DNA from: Marine group II euryarchaeote REDSEA-S42_B7
Lineage (GTDB): Archaea > Thermoplasmatota > Poseidoniia > Poseidoniales > Thalassarchaeaceae
Assembly: GCA_001629255.1 (NCBI GenBank)
Contig: LURZ01000001.1
Location: forward strand, 6,850-70,849
Direction of reading: 5' to 3'
Length of the DNA stretch: 64,000 nt
This document shows, piece after piece, positions 31,446-41,759 of the stretch. Positions within the stretch are counted from its first letter, which is position 1. Every line of letters begins with the position of its first letter. The notes beneath the pieces were generated by a model. It was not told where the DNA came from and did no database searches. It saw only the letters and a program-made list of their open reading frames with translations. The position numbers and the translations under genes were made by a program.

Positions 31446-32282
31446 ATGACTCAAGATGTATTGACCGTAGAGGACGTTGAGGTAGATGATTCCAACCCCA
31501 AAGGAGGAATCATTTCAGTCTGGACACTAAACAGACCAGACAAACTAAATGCCCTAAATACAGAATCACACAAGGCGATCAAAAAGGAGTGTGCTAGGGC
31601 AAACTCAGATGATAATGTCCGATGCGTAGTGATCAAAGGGGCTTCTCCTACGGAACCAAGGGAGGGAAAGAGGCCCAAGCCACACGCATTCGCAGCCGGC
31701 GCCGATATCTCCGAGTTCGCTGGAAAGGACTCTGATGACGTGCGTCCATTCTTCGAGGATAATGCATGGGAGGCAGTTTGGAACGTCTCTAAGCCAACAA
31801 TAGCTATGGTCGATGGATTCGCACTCGGAGGGGGAACGGAACTGGCGTTATCGTGCGATATCAGACTCGCTTCAGAGAGATCAACATTCGGCCAGCCCGA
31901 GATCAACCTTGGCCTCATTCCTGGAGGAGGGGGGACTCAGAGGCTATGCAGACTGGTAGGGTACGGGAGAGCCATGGAGATCGTTCTCTCAGGCGGCATG
32001 GTGGATGCAGAGGACGCGCTTAGTATGGGAATAGTCAACAGGATCTTGGCTAGCGAAAATCTAGAAGAAGAGACCATGAAGCTAGCTTTGGAGATTTCCA
32101 AGAAGTCCCCACATGTCACGAAGGTAGCAAAACGAGTAGTAAGGGGTGCATTGGAACTACCATTCTCCGAAGGGGTCTTGATGGAGCGCTCTGAGTTTGT
32201 CGCCCTTTTCGACACTGAGGATAAGGAGATTGGTGTCACGGCATTCCTGGATAGATCAGATGCAGAGTGGGTAGGAAAATAA
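31446..32282 (+). CDS. enoyl-CoA hydratase/isomerase (crotonase) family protein
   Basis: Crotonase fold signature VDGFALGGGTELALSCDIRLASE and a length of 278 aa. Confidence 0.8.
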   Translation: MTQDVLTVEDVEVDDSNPKGGIISVWTLNRPDKLNALNTESHKAIKKECARANSDDNVRCVVIKGASPTEPREGKRPKPHAFAAGADISEFAGKDSDDVRPFFEDNAWEAVWNVSKPTIAMVDGFALGGGTELALSCDIRLASERSTFGQPEINLGLIPGGGGTQRLCRLVGYGRAMEIVLSGGMVDAEDALSMGIVNRILASENLEEETMKLALEISKKSPHVTKVAKRVVRGALELPFSEGVLMERSEFVALFDTEDKEIGVTAFLDRSDAEWVGK

Positions 32283-32286
32283 CAAC

Positions 32287-32868
32287 TCAACACAAGCTGC
32301 TCGAGATCAACCTGGTTGAATCGGACTCCTTGGTAGGGTCAATAACCAGCCAACCAAACTCTGATCCCGATAGAACTAGCTCCTCCTGAATCTCCCTAAT
32401 CCGATCAAGATTACCGAGATAGTGGTCCACTTTCTTACCGTTGTGCTTTTCTCTATTTGCTATCATTCCTCGATGCCTCTCCTCGCTGGAGACATAGAGA
32501 ACAACTCCGATGGCCACACCGCCAGCCTCCCTCCAGAGATCAATAACCTCCTTGTTTGGGAGATAATGAACCCCTTCCAGAAGCAAGTCAGTTCCCTTTG
32601 AGATGGCTCTCTCTATTACCGCCAAAACCCCTCCTGAGAGGGCCTGAACCGTTTCTTTCCAATCTTCCGCAGCCGAACCCCCAGCCGGCTCGAAAGAGGA
32701 ACGATGTAGGGCAGGTCTTGCAGTGGATGATATCTGCGTCCTCAGAACCTCTCGAATCGTGTCCGTGGACGCTATTTTTGCAAGGCCAAGAGAAGATGCC
32801 AGACTTGTAGACATAGTGGATTTTCCGACCCCGCTGGTCCCACAGATAATTAACAGTCTTGGGACCAA
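32287..32868 (-). CDS. P-loop kinase, 2-phosphoglycerate kinase-like ATPase domain
   Basis: Walker A ICGTSGVGKST followed by TDTIREVLR, as in COG2074 2-PGK-like proteins. Confidence 0.45.
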   Translation of the reverse strand: MVPRLLIICGTSGVGKSTMSTSLASSLGLAKIASTDTIREVLRTQISSTARPALHRSSFEPAGGSAAEDWKETVQALSGGVLAVIERAISKGTDLLLEGVHYLPNKEVIDLWREAGGVAIGVVLYVSSEERHRGMIANREKHNGKKVDHYLGNLDRIREIQEELVLSGSEFGWLVIDPTKESDSTRLISSSLC

Positions 32869-32876
32869 TTAATCAC

Positions 32877-34334
32877 CTAGCGCTGAATTGATTTGATTTC
32901 GAGGAACTCTTCCATTCCGTGGACCCCTAACTCTCTCCCCAGTCCCGATTGCTTGTACCCCCCGAAAGGAGCAGTAACGTTGAAGGCGCCACCATTAATG
33001 CTGACTTGACCAGTCCTCAACATCTTGGCTACTCTCATTGCTCTCTCCTCATCACCAGACCAGACCCCTCCAGATAGCCCATATTCAGAATCGTTCGCTA
33101 GCTCTACTGCCTCCTCCTCTGAGGAGTATGAGGTGATGCATAGAACAGGACCGAAAATCTCCTCTCTGAATATGGTCATATCCGGGGTAACGTCCGCGAA
33201 GACGGTCGGCTTTACGAAAAATCCAGACTCAAGCCCATCTGGCACCCCCTCTCCTCCTGCAACTAGGGTAGCCCCCTGTTCGATTCCACTAGAGATGTAT
33301 GAAGAAACACTTTCCTGCTGCCTCTTGGAGACCAGTGGGCCACATCTGCTGGACTCATCCATGGGGTCTCCAACAGTGTACCTCCCGATCTTGTTTGAGA
33401 TAACCTCCACTACCTCGTCTCTATAATCCTCTGGCACTAGAAGCCGAGTAAGGGCCGAGCACTCCTGACCAGAGTTTCCGAAGCACGAGTAAATCGCCGA
33501 AGTTGCCGCTCGTTGGATGTCTGCGTCGTCCAGTATTATGTTCGCACTCTTTCCACCGAGTTCCAGTGTCACTCTCTTTACGCTTGGTGCTGCCAGTTCC
33601 GAGACCCTAATCCCAGCGCTTGTAGATCCTGTAAAGCTGACCATATCCACCATTGGATGGCTAGACAAGGTCTCTCCGATTTCTCTCCCGTGACCTGAAA
33701 TCAAATTGAAAACCCCATCAGGAAGGCCTACATCATCCAGGATATCTGCTAGAAGGAATGCATTCAGGGGCGCCTCTTTGGATGGCTTCAGCACCATCGT
33801 GCAACCCGCTGCGATAGCTGGCGCCACCTTTCCGATTATCTGGTGCAGGGGGAAGTTCCACGGGGTAATCATAGCTACCACCCCTATCGGCTCCTTGATT
33901 ACGAGAGAGTTCCTTACCTCTTCCTCCCATACGTATCCGTCTAGGATCTTCGCGTAAGACCTTGAAACAACCCTTGGAGTACCTACCATCGCCATCCTGG
34001 AGTACTCTATAGGTGTCCCTACCTCCGAAGTAATTGTCTCGGCTAGATTCTCGCTTCTATCCTTGATTAAGCCCGAAATCCTGTTTAGGAATTCTACTCT
34101 CTCGCTAACCTCGGTTGTTGACCAATCCGTGAATGCTGACCTAGCAGCCTCTACAGCAGAATTAGCATCTGAATCGCTGGAGACTGGTACGGAACCAATC
34201 ACCTCCTCATTGGTGGGATTGATTACCTCGATAGAGCCCTCTCCACTGGGCTCTACCCAGTTTCCATTGATGTACAGGTGCCGGCGTTCGTGCATGGCCG
34301 ACCCAACCTGCGACATCTTATGATATTCATGCAA
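32877..34334 (-). CDS. NAD(P)+-dependent aldehyde dehydrogenase
   Basis: ALDH motifs LELGGKSA and FGNSGQEC (catalytic Cys), with a length of 485 aa. Confidence 0.88.
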   Translation of the reverse strand: MHEYHKMSQVGSAMHERRHLYINGNWVEPSGEGSIEVINPTNEEVIGSVPVSSDSDANSAVEAARSAFTDWSTTEVSERVEFLNRISGLIKDRSENLAETITSEVGTPIEYSRMAMVGTPRVVSRSYAKILDGYVWEEEVRNSLVIKEPIGVVAMITPWNFPLHQIIGKVAPAIAAGCTMVLKPSKEAPLNAFLLADILDDVGLPDGVFNLISGHGREIGETLSSHPMVDMVSFTGSTSAGIRVSELAAPSVKRVTLELGGKSANIILDDADIQRAATSAIYSCFGNSGQECSALTRLLVPEDYRDEVVEVISNKIGRYTVGDPMDESSRCGPLVSKRQQESVSSYISSGIEQGATLVAGGEGVPDGLESGFFVKPTVFADVTPDMTIFREEIFGPVLCITSYSSEEEAVELANDSEYGLSGGVWSGDEERAMRVAKMLRTGQVSINGGAFNVTAPFGGYKQSGLGRELGVHGMEEFLEIKSIQR

Positions 34335-34363
34335 TTCAATAGAGTGGCCCTTGCTCGAGAGCC

Positions 34364-35161
34364 ATGCCAGTTTCCACCGACATGCTTGACGGAGGGGTAG
34401 CTGTGGTCACTTTGTCTCCAGCTGCCTCCTCGAACACCTTCTCCCCCGATCACTTCGACCCATTTCTCTCATGTTTACAAGAGGTGATGGCAAACCCCTC
34501 TTGTAGGTCAGTAGTAATCACTGGTTCTGGACGCTTCTTCTCCTCTGGGGGTAACATGGACGACTTTTCTGATGCAATAGAGAATGAAAATATTGGTAGT
34601 ATAGTTCAGGAGATGACCGATAAGCTACATTCCCTTCTCTTGAGGATGAGGACTTCTGAGAAGGTTTTCGTATGCGCCATCAATGGGTCAGCAGCCGGAG
34701 GAGGACTAGGTTTGGCACTAGCATCAGACTACAGAGTCTGCTCTCCAGAGGCGAAGCTCGCCTCCGCGTTTTTCCGACTAGGGCTCTCACCTGACGGGGG
34801 GATGACATGGTTGCTCCCAAGACTGGTCGGGAACCAGGTGGCTCGCAAGTTCTTCTTCAACTCCGAAGTTTGGTCTGCCGAACAGGCCCTCGATTATGGA
34901 GCAGTCGATGAGTTGGCCGACTCCAGTGTCCTTCTAGAAAGGGCCATTGAGGTTGCCAGAGATTGGGGCAAGTGGTCGGTCAGCAGCAGAAAGGGGACGA
35001 AGCAACTGCTAGATGCGTCCACTTCTACATTCTTCGAGACTCAGCTGCATTTCGAGCAGTCGCTAATGATTGCATCCTCGCAAACGGAGGATTTCGTCGA
35101 GGGAGTCACTTCATTCAAGCGTAAGAGGGAACCATCGTTTGGAAGTTCAGAGGAGGAGTAG
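34364..35161 (+). CDS. enoyl-CoA hydratase/isomerase family protein
   Basis: Crotonase fold (INGSAAGGGLGLALASDYRV). Confidence 0.75.
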   Translation: MPVSTDMLDGGVAVVTLSPAASSNTFSPDHFDPFLSCLQEVMANPSCRSVVITGSGRFFSSGGNMDDFSDAIENENIGSIVQEMTDKLHSLLLRMRTSEKVFVCAINGSAAGGGLGLALASDYRVCSPEAKLASAFFRLGLSPDGGMTWLLPRLVGNQVARKFFFNSEVWSAEQALDYGAVDELADSSVLLERAIEVARDWGKWSVSSRKGTKQLLDASTSTFFETQLHFEQSLMIASSQTEDFVEGVTSFKRKREPSFGSSEEE

Positions 35162-35162
35162 G

Positions 35163-35624
35163 GTGGTCAGAAGACTCGTTATCATGCGTCATGCGAAAAG
35201 CAGCTGGAAAGATCAGAACTTCGATGATCACGAACGACCACTGAACAATAGGGGCAGGAGGGATGCTCCCATAGTGGCAGATGCAATTTTCGATAGGGGT
35301 TGGATTCCAGAACTTATACTGGTTAGCAGTTCGAAGAGGACTCTCCAGACTCTGGAGGGGATGTCTCACAGGATGGGAAAGATTCCATTCCAGGTTAGAC
35401 CGGGAATCTACCATGCGACAGTGTTAGACCTAATGGAAGAATTGGAAGATGTGTGGGATAACGGGACCACCATGATAATTGGCCACAATCCTGGCTCGGA
35501 GATTCTTGTGAACCATCTCTCCGGAGAATGGCATACAATGCCCACTGCAACCGCGGTTTTATTGGGCCACTCGGGATCATCATGGACGGTCAAGGACGTT
35601 ATTCGTCCAAAGGAGATTGAATAG
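35163..35624 (+). CDS. histidine phosphatase family protein (SixA-like phosphohistidine phosphatase)
   Basis: The RHG motif reads IMRHAKS, and a second His lies in IIGHNPG. The start is taken as the GTG directly after the upstream stop; the track ORF starts earlier and overlaps. Confidence 0.6.
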   Translation: MVRRLVIMRHAKSSWKDQNFDDHERPLNNRGRRDAPIVADAIFDRGWIPELILVSSSKRTLQTLEGMSHRMGKIPFQVRPGIYHATVLDLMEELEDVWDNGTTMIIGHNPGSEILVNHLSGEWHTMPTATAVLLGHSGSSWTVKDVIRPKEIE

Positions 35625-36758
35625 TCAAGGATGCCCGGGGACATCATCAGACCAGTGTGACATCTTGTTCAGAGTGATGGTCACATTAGTCACCTCTCCT
35701 TGTTCCCAGTAATCAACACCAACGAATGTCGGTCTATTTCCTACAGTTTCCCAGCATAACAGAGCTCTCTGCAATAGAGTATCGTAAGCATTGACCTGAG
35801 ACGCTTTAATTGGATCCGCAAATCCAAAATCGCTGTTTAACCAGTTATTCATATGCCAAACAGGTTGATTTGAATCGCCTCTTCCAAGATCGCAGGTCAT
35901 TTCTTCTTGGCTAGATTCTCCATACGGGGTATCCCAAGTATGCCTCCAAGCCGGCAATAATTTAGTGAAATTATCTTCATATTCCATCTGTATGAAAATC
36001 AAGACATCAGTCCCAGATAGTGACATATCCCCTAAAGACGGCCATGGGCTTCCTAATTCGTGGATGTAAGCCCTCTCCAAGATTCCTGTTTCATTCAGCA
36101 GGTACTCCAGATGCTCTCCCGGTACCGCATAGTTCTGTATCAAAAGACTGACAACGTCTCCGCTGCTATTATTATGGAGGGAATTGAGACTTCTGAGCCA
36201 AGCAAAGGCATCAACACTACCAAACAAGCATGGGGGCGTATTCGGCAAGGACGGTGCATGGCAAAAAACCACGTCCTCTTTTTCACTATTAAATTCAGAC
36301 TGGTGATAGGGGTCTAGCATGAAAGCTCTGATGCCACCCTCCCATTGACTCCGCAAACCAGTTAGATGGTTTATTCCGCCCATTATGCCATCTTCTGGGG
36401 TGGAGAATGAGTTATGACTCTCTGCGAAGGTGAAATCGTCATATGTTCTAAGGCAATAACTAGCCTCTCCGTGACAGGCGATAAAGTCATTCGGATCCAT
36501 CGGATTGAAACCCCTCTCTAACTCCCAATCGTTTGGGAGATCATCGCCATCCGCATCGTCATCCCACTCATCACACTCCATGTCTCCGTCTAGATCGTCT
36601 GGTACAGATTCACTATCAACCGGGTCAGTTCCGCACATCGCTTCCTTGGCATCGCTCCAAGAATCCCCATCATCATCCAAGTCATTGAGGTCGCATTGTG
36701 AATCGCCATCAGTGTCAGTCGGTATCACGTGCAGTTCATTTCCTCGGAGTTGCTCCAA
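35625..36758 (-). CDS. secreted Ca-binding (thrombospondin type-3-like Asp-rich repeats) protein with PLC-like phosphodiesterase domain; its N-terminal signal peptide is encoded in another frame (frameshift)
   Basis: Repeated D-x-D-G-D-x-x-x-D…WSD motifs, then an AESHNSF (PI-PLC X-box-like) domain. On the minus strand at 36760-36891 a separate frame encodes MQKKLFSFLLCVSLITPGC…DGDGWSNSEEMNCT*, a signal/lipobox-like leader plus the first Ca-binding repeat. The two frames join near 36758. Confidence 0.5.
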   Translation of the reverse strand: MEQLRGNELHVIPTDTDGDSQCDLNDLDDDGDSWSDAKEAMCGTDPVDSESVPDDLDGDMECDEWDDDADGDDLPNDWELERGFNPMDPNDFIACHGEASYCLRTYDDFTFAESHNSFSTPEDGIMGGINHLTGLRSQWEGGIRAFMLDPYHQSEFNSEKEDVVFCHAPSLPNTPPCLFGSVDAFAWLRSLNSLHNNSSGDVVSLLIQNYAVPGEHLEYLLNETGILERAYIHELGSPWPSLGDMSLSGTDVLIFIQMEYEDNFTKLLPAWRHTWDTPYGESSQEEMTCDLGRGDSNQPVWHMNNWLNSDFGFADPIKASQVNAYDTLLQRALLCWETVGNRPTFVGVDYWEQGEVTNVTITLNKMSHWSDDVPGHP

Positions 36759-36925
36759 CCATCGCCATCGATATCCAGATCCTCAGCGTCCTGAATACCA
36801 TCTCCATCCATATCAGGGGGAGGAGCTTCCAAGCATCCTGGTGTAATTAGCGAGACGCACAACAAAAAGGAGAACAATTTTTTTTGCATTTGCCGGTCAT
36901 CCTACCTATCAAATCCAGTGGCATC

Positions 36926-37753
36926 CTAGTCCATAACGGTCTCGTGGTGATCAGGGACGAAAGTCTGCTCAGTCATTGGTGGTCTCACGTATCCTCTCGC
37001 GGTCTTCCTCTCTGGAAGCTCTATCGGCTCTGGAGTAAGGTCCTCGTACTCAATCATAGAAAGTAGATGGCTAATGCAATTTAAGTGAGCATGCCTCTTG
37101 ATATCGGAATTAACCACGAACCATGGGGACTGCTTAGTGTCAGTGTGAGCGAACATCACGTCCTTTGCCTCCGAGTAGTCTTCCCAGCGTGTGAGTGACT
37201 CTAGATCCATCGGACTAAGCTTCCACCTCTTGTGCGGTTCGTCCAATCTTGCCTTGAAACGTTTCAACTGCTCGTCATCGGAAACTGAGAACCAATACTT
37301 GATCAGAATCGTACCGGACCTCATTAGCATTCTCTCGAACATTGGGCAGGATCTCATGAATTCGTCATACTCTCCCTCATCGCAGAATCCCATAACCCTC
37401 TCGACCCCTGCTCTGTTGTACCAACTTCTGTCGAACATCACTATCTCTCCAGCAGCAGGGAGATGGTTGACGTACCTTTGGAAGTACCACTCGGTCTTTT
37501 GCCTCTCAGTGGGAGCCGGAAGAGCTGCCACCCTCACAACTCTGGGGTTGAGGTACTGCGCGATCCTCTTTATAACGCCACCCTTCCCTGCAGCATCTCT
37601 GCCTTCGAAGACGATAACAACCTTGAGTCCCTTAGCCTTCACCCATTCCTGGAGTTTGATGAGCTCTAGTTGTAGCCTGAATAGTTCTTTGTTGTACCGC
37701 TTCTTTCCTATTCTCTCTATTTTCTCGCTCCCATTGCCGCCCATTATAATCAA
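36926..37753 (-). CDS. polyphosphate kinase 2 (PPK2)
   Basis: PPK2 Walker A block VVIVFEGRDAAGKGG and a lid region, with a length of 275 aa. Confidence 0.8.
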   Translation of the reverse strand: MIIMGGNGSEKIERIGKKRYNKELFRLQLELIKLQEWVKAKGLKVVIVFEGRDAAGKGGVIKRIAQYLNPRVVRVAALPAPTERQKTEWYFQRYVNHLPAAGEIVMFDRSWYNRAGVERVMGFCDEGEYDEFMRSCPMFERMLMRSGTILIKYWFSVSDDEQLKRFKARLDEPHKRWKLSPMDLESLTRWEDYSEAKDVMFAHTDTKQSPWFVVNSDIKRHAHLNCISHLLSMIEYEDLTPEPIELPERKTARGYVRPPMTEQTFVPDHHETVMD

Positions 37754-37813
37754 CCCCCCATAGCCGTCTTCGACAAAAGCCCTCTGGTCGAGGATTCGAC
37801 GAATCTCGACGAA

Positions 37814-38476
37814 TTAAAGGAGGCTGACAAGGTCAATCAGTGATGACCTAGGGTCTTCGGACTTGGTAACTCCACTAGCCAAAAGAACCCCTGAAGTGCC
37901 AAGTTGGATAGCCTTGGCCACGTCCCCGCCGGTCTTTACACCCGCACCGCATAGGATGCCAACACTCGAGGCCACTTCTCTGACTGCTTGGGCTGTACCA
38001 CTGACTATACCGGGATCAGCGCTAGTTACCGAAGTCTCGCCGCCAATCAACTCGGGCGGCTCCACAGCAACAAAACCCGGCTCCAATGCCGCCAGTGCCT
38101 TTGCCTCGTGAATGTCTGCGGCACAGGCGCAAACATGGAATCCATCTGGAATCTGCTCCATGAGCATAGCGACGTGTTCCAAGCTGACCTTGTGTTCCGC
38201 ATGATTGATCAGAGTTCCTGAAGCCCCCCTCTCCATTGCAGTTTCAGGGTGTAGCCACCCCGTATTCGAACCGAAACCTACGGGATCAAGATGCTGGCAC
38301 CATACCTCCAGTCCAGGAGCAGCAGCGACTACGGCAGACAGATCGAATGCAGAGACCGCAGCCACAATCCTAGCACCTGTATCTATGCTCTCCATAGCTC
38401 TAGCTAGATCTTCGGCACACGCCCCGTGAGCAGTCTCATAGGTCTTGAAATTAACAACAACTAGGGAGTCGACCAT
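37814..38476 (-). CDS. tpiA: triose-phosphate isomerase (archaeal type)
   Basis: N-terminal VVVNFKTY and catalytic EPPELIGG. Starting at the internal ATG (MVDSLVV) gives about 220 aa, typical of archaeal TIM. The track ORF is longer. Confidence 0.7.
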   Translation of the reverse strand: MVDSLVVVNFKTYETAHGACAEDLARAMESIDTGARIVAAVSAFDLSAVVAAAPGLEVWCQHLDPVGFGSNTGWLHPETAMERGASGTLINHAEHKVSLEHVAMLMEQIPDGFHVCACAADIHEAKALAALEPGFVAVEPPELIGGETSVTSADPGIVSGTAQAVREVASSVGILCGAGVKTGGDVAKAIQLGTSGVLLASGVTKSEDPRSSLIDLVSLL

Positions 38477-38546
38477 AGACCTCCGAGGGACCGGGCCTCT
38501 TTGACAATGACGGGATTTACAACCAATATCGTATCTTATTCCTGGC

Positions 38547-39497
38547 TTAACCATGATCGACGATTTCCGAACTCAAGTCAGAACCCTCTGGGACCATAGC
38601 CCCAATCCCTATCAGGCACCCTTCGATGTTACAATTAGGGCCTATTTCCGCTCCCTCCAGAACAACTGAGTCGCGAACAACCGATCCTTCCTCGATGCAG
38701 GCTCCGGAACCTATCGTGCTTGAGACAACCTTACCTTTGTTCGTAGAACCTTCTCCGAACCACGAGCCTCTGTCAACCGAACCGCTGTTGAAACTCCCGG
38801 CCGAGATACATGCTTGGCTCGCTTCTATGAACGACTTAGGAGTCCCCGCATCAACGAACCATCCTTCGAACGGGAAGCCGTTCAAGCCGCCGGCTGCAGC
38901 TAGGTTCTCGTAGACATCCCTCTCAATGCTATGCGCTCCGGCGGGCATCAAATTGAAAATCTCAGGCTCAAGGATGTATGCCCCCGCATTAATCAGATTA
39001 GAGAAAGCCTCCTCTATCGGGGGTTTCTCTTGGAACCTCATTATCTTCCCATTCTTTTCCCTGTAGTCAGCGACACCGAATCGGGACGGATCCTCAACTT
39101 CCCACAGTGAGATGGTTCCAATGCCTCCGTTACTCCTGTGGAATTCGAGCATCTCTTCCACTCTGAGACTGGTAATTAGGTCTCCGTTGATTACGCAGAA
39201 TGTTCCTCCAGAGAGATGCTCTCTGCAGTTTGCAATGGCCCCTCCAGTACCTAGCGGCTCGGTTTCTTCAATTATCTCTACCTCGTAGGAGAGACTAACT
39301 TTGGAGAAGTGATCCCGCATCTTCTCCATTCCATAACCTGCGGCAATGAGAATTCTGTTCACTTGAGATTCAGGGATTATCCCCACAACATGCTCAATCA
39401 TCGTCTTGTCCAGAATTGGTAAGAGGGGCTTTGGGATGCTTTCTGTCCAAGGTCGGAGCCTTGTTCCGAAACCTCCAGCCAGAACTATGACATCCAC
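38547..39497 (-). CDS. sugar-phosphate nucleotidyltransferase with C-terminal left-handed beta-helix domain
   Basis: N-terminal VLAGGFGTRLRPWT…PKPLLP (G-x-G-T-R-L) and a C-terminal hexapeptide-repeat region. Confidence 0.7.
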   Translation of the reverse strand: MDVIVLAGGFGTRLRPWTESIPKPLLPILDKTMIEHVVGIIPESQVNRILIAAGYGMEKMRDHFSKVSLSYEVEIIEETEPLGTGGAIANCREHLSGGTFCVINGDLITSLRVEEMLEFHRSNGGIGTISLWEVEDPSRFGVADYREKNGKIMRFQEKPPIEEAFSNLINAGAYILEPEIFNLMPAGAHSIERDVYENLAAAGGLNGFPFEGWFVDAGTPKSFIEASQACISAGSFNSGSVDRGSWFGEGSTNKGKVVSSTIGSGACIEEGSVVRDSVVLEGAEIGPNCNIEGCLIGIGAMVPEGSDLSSEIVDHG

Positions 39498-39580
39498 GTC
39501 AGGTGGGTTGCGTTTCTACGTTTGAGAGCTTCGCGCCTGCGACTGTCATAATCTCGATGCGTATCGTTGAAAGACGGACT

Positions 39581-40807
39581 ATGTCTCGGGAGGGTGTGAA
39601 TATCCACGAGTACCAAGGTAAAGCACTCTTCAGAGAAGAGGGTGTCGCCGTGCAAGAAGGCGTTCACTGCACAACAGTCGACCAGGCTCTGGAAGCGTAC
39701 GACTCTCTTGGAAGCAAGGTCGTCGCCGTAAAGAGCCAGATACATGCGGGAGGACGTGGAAAAGGAAGCCTATACTGCCCCGACACTGGCGATTTGCAGA
39801 TGGAGGGCGGAGTCAAAATTGCCTTATCGCGTGACGAGGTCGAGACCTATTCGAAAAACATTCTAGGGAACATTCTGGTCACCAAACAGTCCGGTCCGGA
39901 AGGTAAGATGGTGAACAACCTGTACATAGAAGCAGGCTGTGAAATCGCCCATGAGTATTATCTCGCTCTCTTGGTCGACCGAGAAGAGGATGCAATCTTG
40001 GTGATGGCTTCAACTGAGGGGGGTGTTGACATAGAGGAGGTTGCTGAGACTACTCCCCAGGCTATTCACAAAGCTTGGACCGACTCATCCGGGAAACTGT
40101 CAGCTGGGGCCGACAGTGCGATGGCTGATTCACTAGGACTGACAGGCGTATCAAAGGACTCGTTCAAAAAAATGCTAGGGAGCCTGGTTTCTATGTTCGT
40201 ATCACGGGACTGTTCTATGATTGAAATAAATCCTCTTGTGAAAGCAGGAGACGGTGCGATGATCGCACTAGACTCCAAGATAAGTTTCGATGACAACGCC
40301 TCATACAGGCATCCCTGGAGAGCGGATATGAGAGACATGTCCGAAGAGGAAGAGGTCGAGATTAGGGCCAATAAATCCGGCCTATCATACGTCAAATTGG
40401 ATGGAAATATAGGTTGCCTGGTCAATGGAGCAGGATTAGCCATGGCCTCAATGGATGTTATCAAACTATACGGGGGCGAGCCTGCGAATTTCCTCGACAT
40501 CGGGGGAGGGGCTAACAAGGAGTCAATCACTACTGCCTTCGGAATAATTCTCGAGGATCCAAATGTAGAGGGCATTCTAGTGAATATCTTTGGAGGAATC
40601 ATTCGCTGTGATATGGTGGCTCGGAGCATAATCGATGCATCCAGGGAAGTCGGGCTTTCTGTTCCACTGGTCGTTAGATTCTCAGGAACAAACCACGAAG
40701 AAGGAAGGCACGTACTAGAGGAGAGCTCTCTGGAAGTCACAACCGTGGGTACGCTTGCCGATGGTGCCAAAGCAATCGTCGCTGCAACAGTTGGGGTGGA
40801 CGCTTGA
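39581..40807 (+). CDS. sucC: succinate--CoA ligase (ADP-forming) beta subunit
   Basis: [14 protein letters not shown]-grasp N-terminus. The start was moved to ATG 39581 ([12 protein letters not shown]); the track ORF begins earlier. Confidence 0.85.
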   Translation: MSREGVNIHEYQGKALFREEGVAVQEGVHCTTVDQALEAYDSLGSKVVAVKSQIHAGGRGKGSLYCPDTGDLQMEGGVKIALSRDEVETYSKNILGNILVTKQSGPEGKMVNNLYIEAGCEIAHEYYLALLVDREEDAILVMASTEGGVDIEEVAETTPQAIHKAWTDSSGKLSAGADSAMADSLGLTGVSKDSFKKMLGSLVSMFVSRDCSMIEINPLVKAGDGAMIALDSKISFDDNASYRHPWRADMRDMSEEEEVEIRANKSGLSYVKLDGNIGCLVNGAGLAMASMDVIKLYGGEPANFLDIGGGANKESITTAFGIILEDPNVEGILVNIFGGIIRCDMVARSIIDASREVGLSVPLVVRFSGTNHEEGRHVLEESSLEVTTVGTLADGAKAIVAATVGVDA

Positions 40808-41733
40808 GTATCTGGATAAATGAATCCAGCAAGGTCCTAGTTCAGGGAATTACTGGAGGCCAGGGAACATTCCATGCCACTCGAATGACGGAGTACGGAA
40901 CAGATGTCGTGGGAGGGGTCACGCCCGGCAAAGGCGGCCAAGTGGTCGATCTCCCTGGTCGGTCTGTCCCTGTCTACGATACCATGGGGCAAGCCGTTTC
41001 CGAGACCGATGCTGATGTGAGCGTAATCTACGTTCCAGCGAGATTCGCAGCAGCAGCAATTGTCGAGGCCGCCGATGCCTTCAACGAAACTAAGGGCGAG
41101 GGATTGATCGTATGCATTACAGAAGGGATTCCTACTCTCGACATGATTAGATGCGTAGGGCACATTTCAGAAATGCCTGGAATCAGGCTTATTGGACCCA
41201 ATTGTCCAGGAATCATAACTCCCGGAGAAAATGGTGGTTGCAAGGTGGGAATCATGCCGGGATACATACACGCCAAGGGAAGAATAGGCATCATCTCGAA
41301 GTCTGGTACTCTAACCTACGAAGCAGTAGCTCAAACAATGAGTGTGGGTGAAGGTCAGACCACCTGCATAGGTATCGGAGGGGACCCTATCAGTGGAACC
41401 GGATTCATAGACTGTCTTGCTGCTTTTGAGGAGGACCCAGAAACCGAGGCCGTTGTGATGATCGGAGAGATTGGTGGGACTGCCGAAGAAGATGCTGCGG
41501 CTTGGGCTGCAGACAACTTCAGCAAGCCTATTGTCGGTTTCGTTGCAGGAGCAACAGCACCTCCGGGGAAGAGGATGGGGCACGCCGGTGCGATTATCTC
41601 CGGTGGAAAGGGCACGGCGGATGAGAAGTTCTCAGCATTCGAGAAGGCAGGGATTCACATTGCTAGAGATCCATCCAAGATTGGGGAAGTGCTAGTCTCG
41701 GTTTTGATTGAAGCCGGACTACGAGAGCCTTAG
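40804..41733 (+). CDS. sucD: succinate--CoA ligase alpha subunit
   Basis: [14 protein letters not shown] CoA-binding N-terminus and the phosphohistidine loop (…GHAGAII…). Its start overlaps the sucC stop by 4 nt, which is typical operon coupling. Confidence 0.9.
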   Translation: MSIWINESSKVLVQGITGGQGTFHATRMTEYGTDVVGGVTPGKGGQVVDLPGRSVPVYDTMGQAVSETDADVSVIYVPARFAAAAIVEAADAFNETKGEGLIVCITEGIPTLDMIRCVGHISEMPGIRLIGPNCPGIITPGENGGCKVGIMPGYIHAKGRIGIISKSGTLTYEAVAQTMSVGEGQTTCIGIGGDPISGTGFIDCLAAFEEDPETEAVVMIGEIGGTAEEDAAAWAADNFSKPIVGFVAGATAPPGKRMGHAGAIISGGKGTADEKFSAFEKAGIHIARDPSKIGEVLVSVLIEAGLREP

Positions 41734-41759
41734 GAACGAAGGCACCCAGCATGAAATAG

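Noticed and set aside
35159-35165. The stop of the crotonase gene is followed 1 nt later by the GTG start of the histidine-phosphatase gene
   Set aside because: Ordinary translational coupling in an operon. Used only to refine the start call.
40066-40770. A 234-aa antisense ORF inside sucC, and similar long antisense ORFs (15963-16532, 12701-13206, 6720-7148)
   Set aside because: Each is embedded in the opposite strand of strongly supported conserved genes, with Ser/Pro-rich low-complexity translations.
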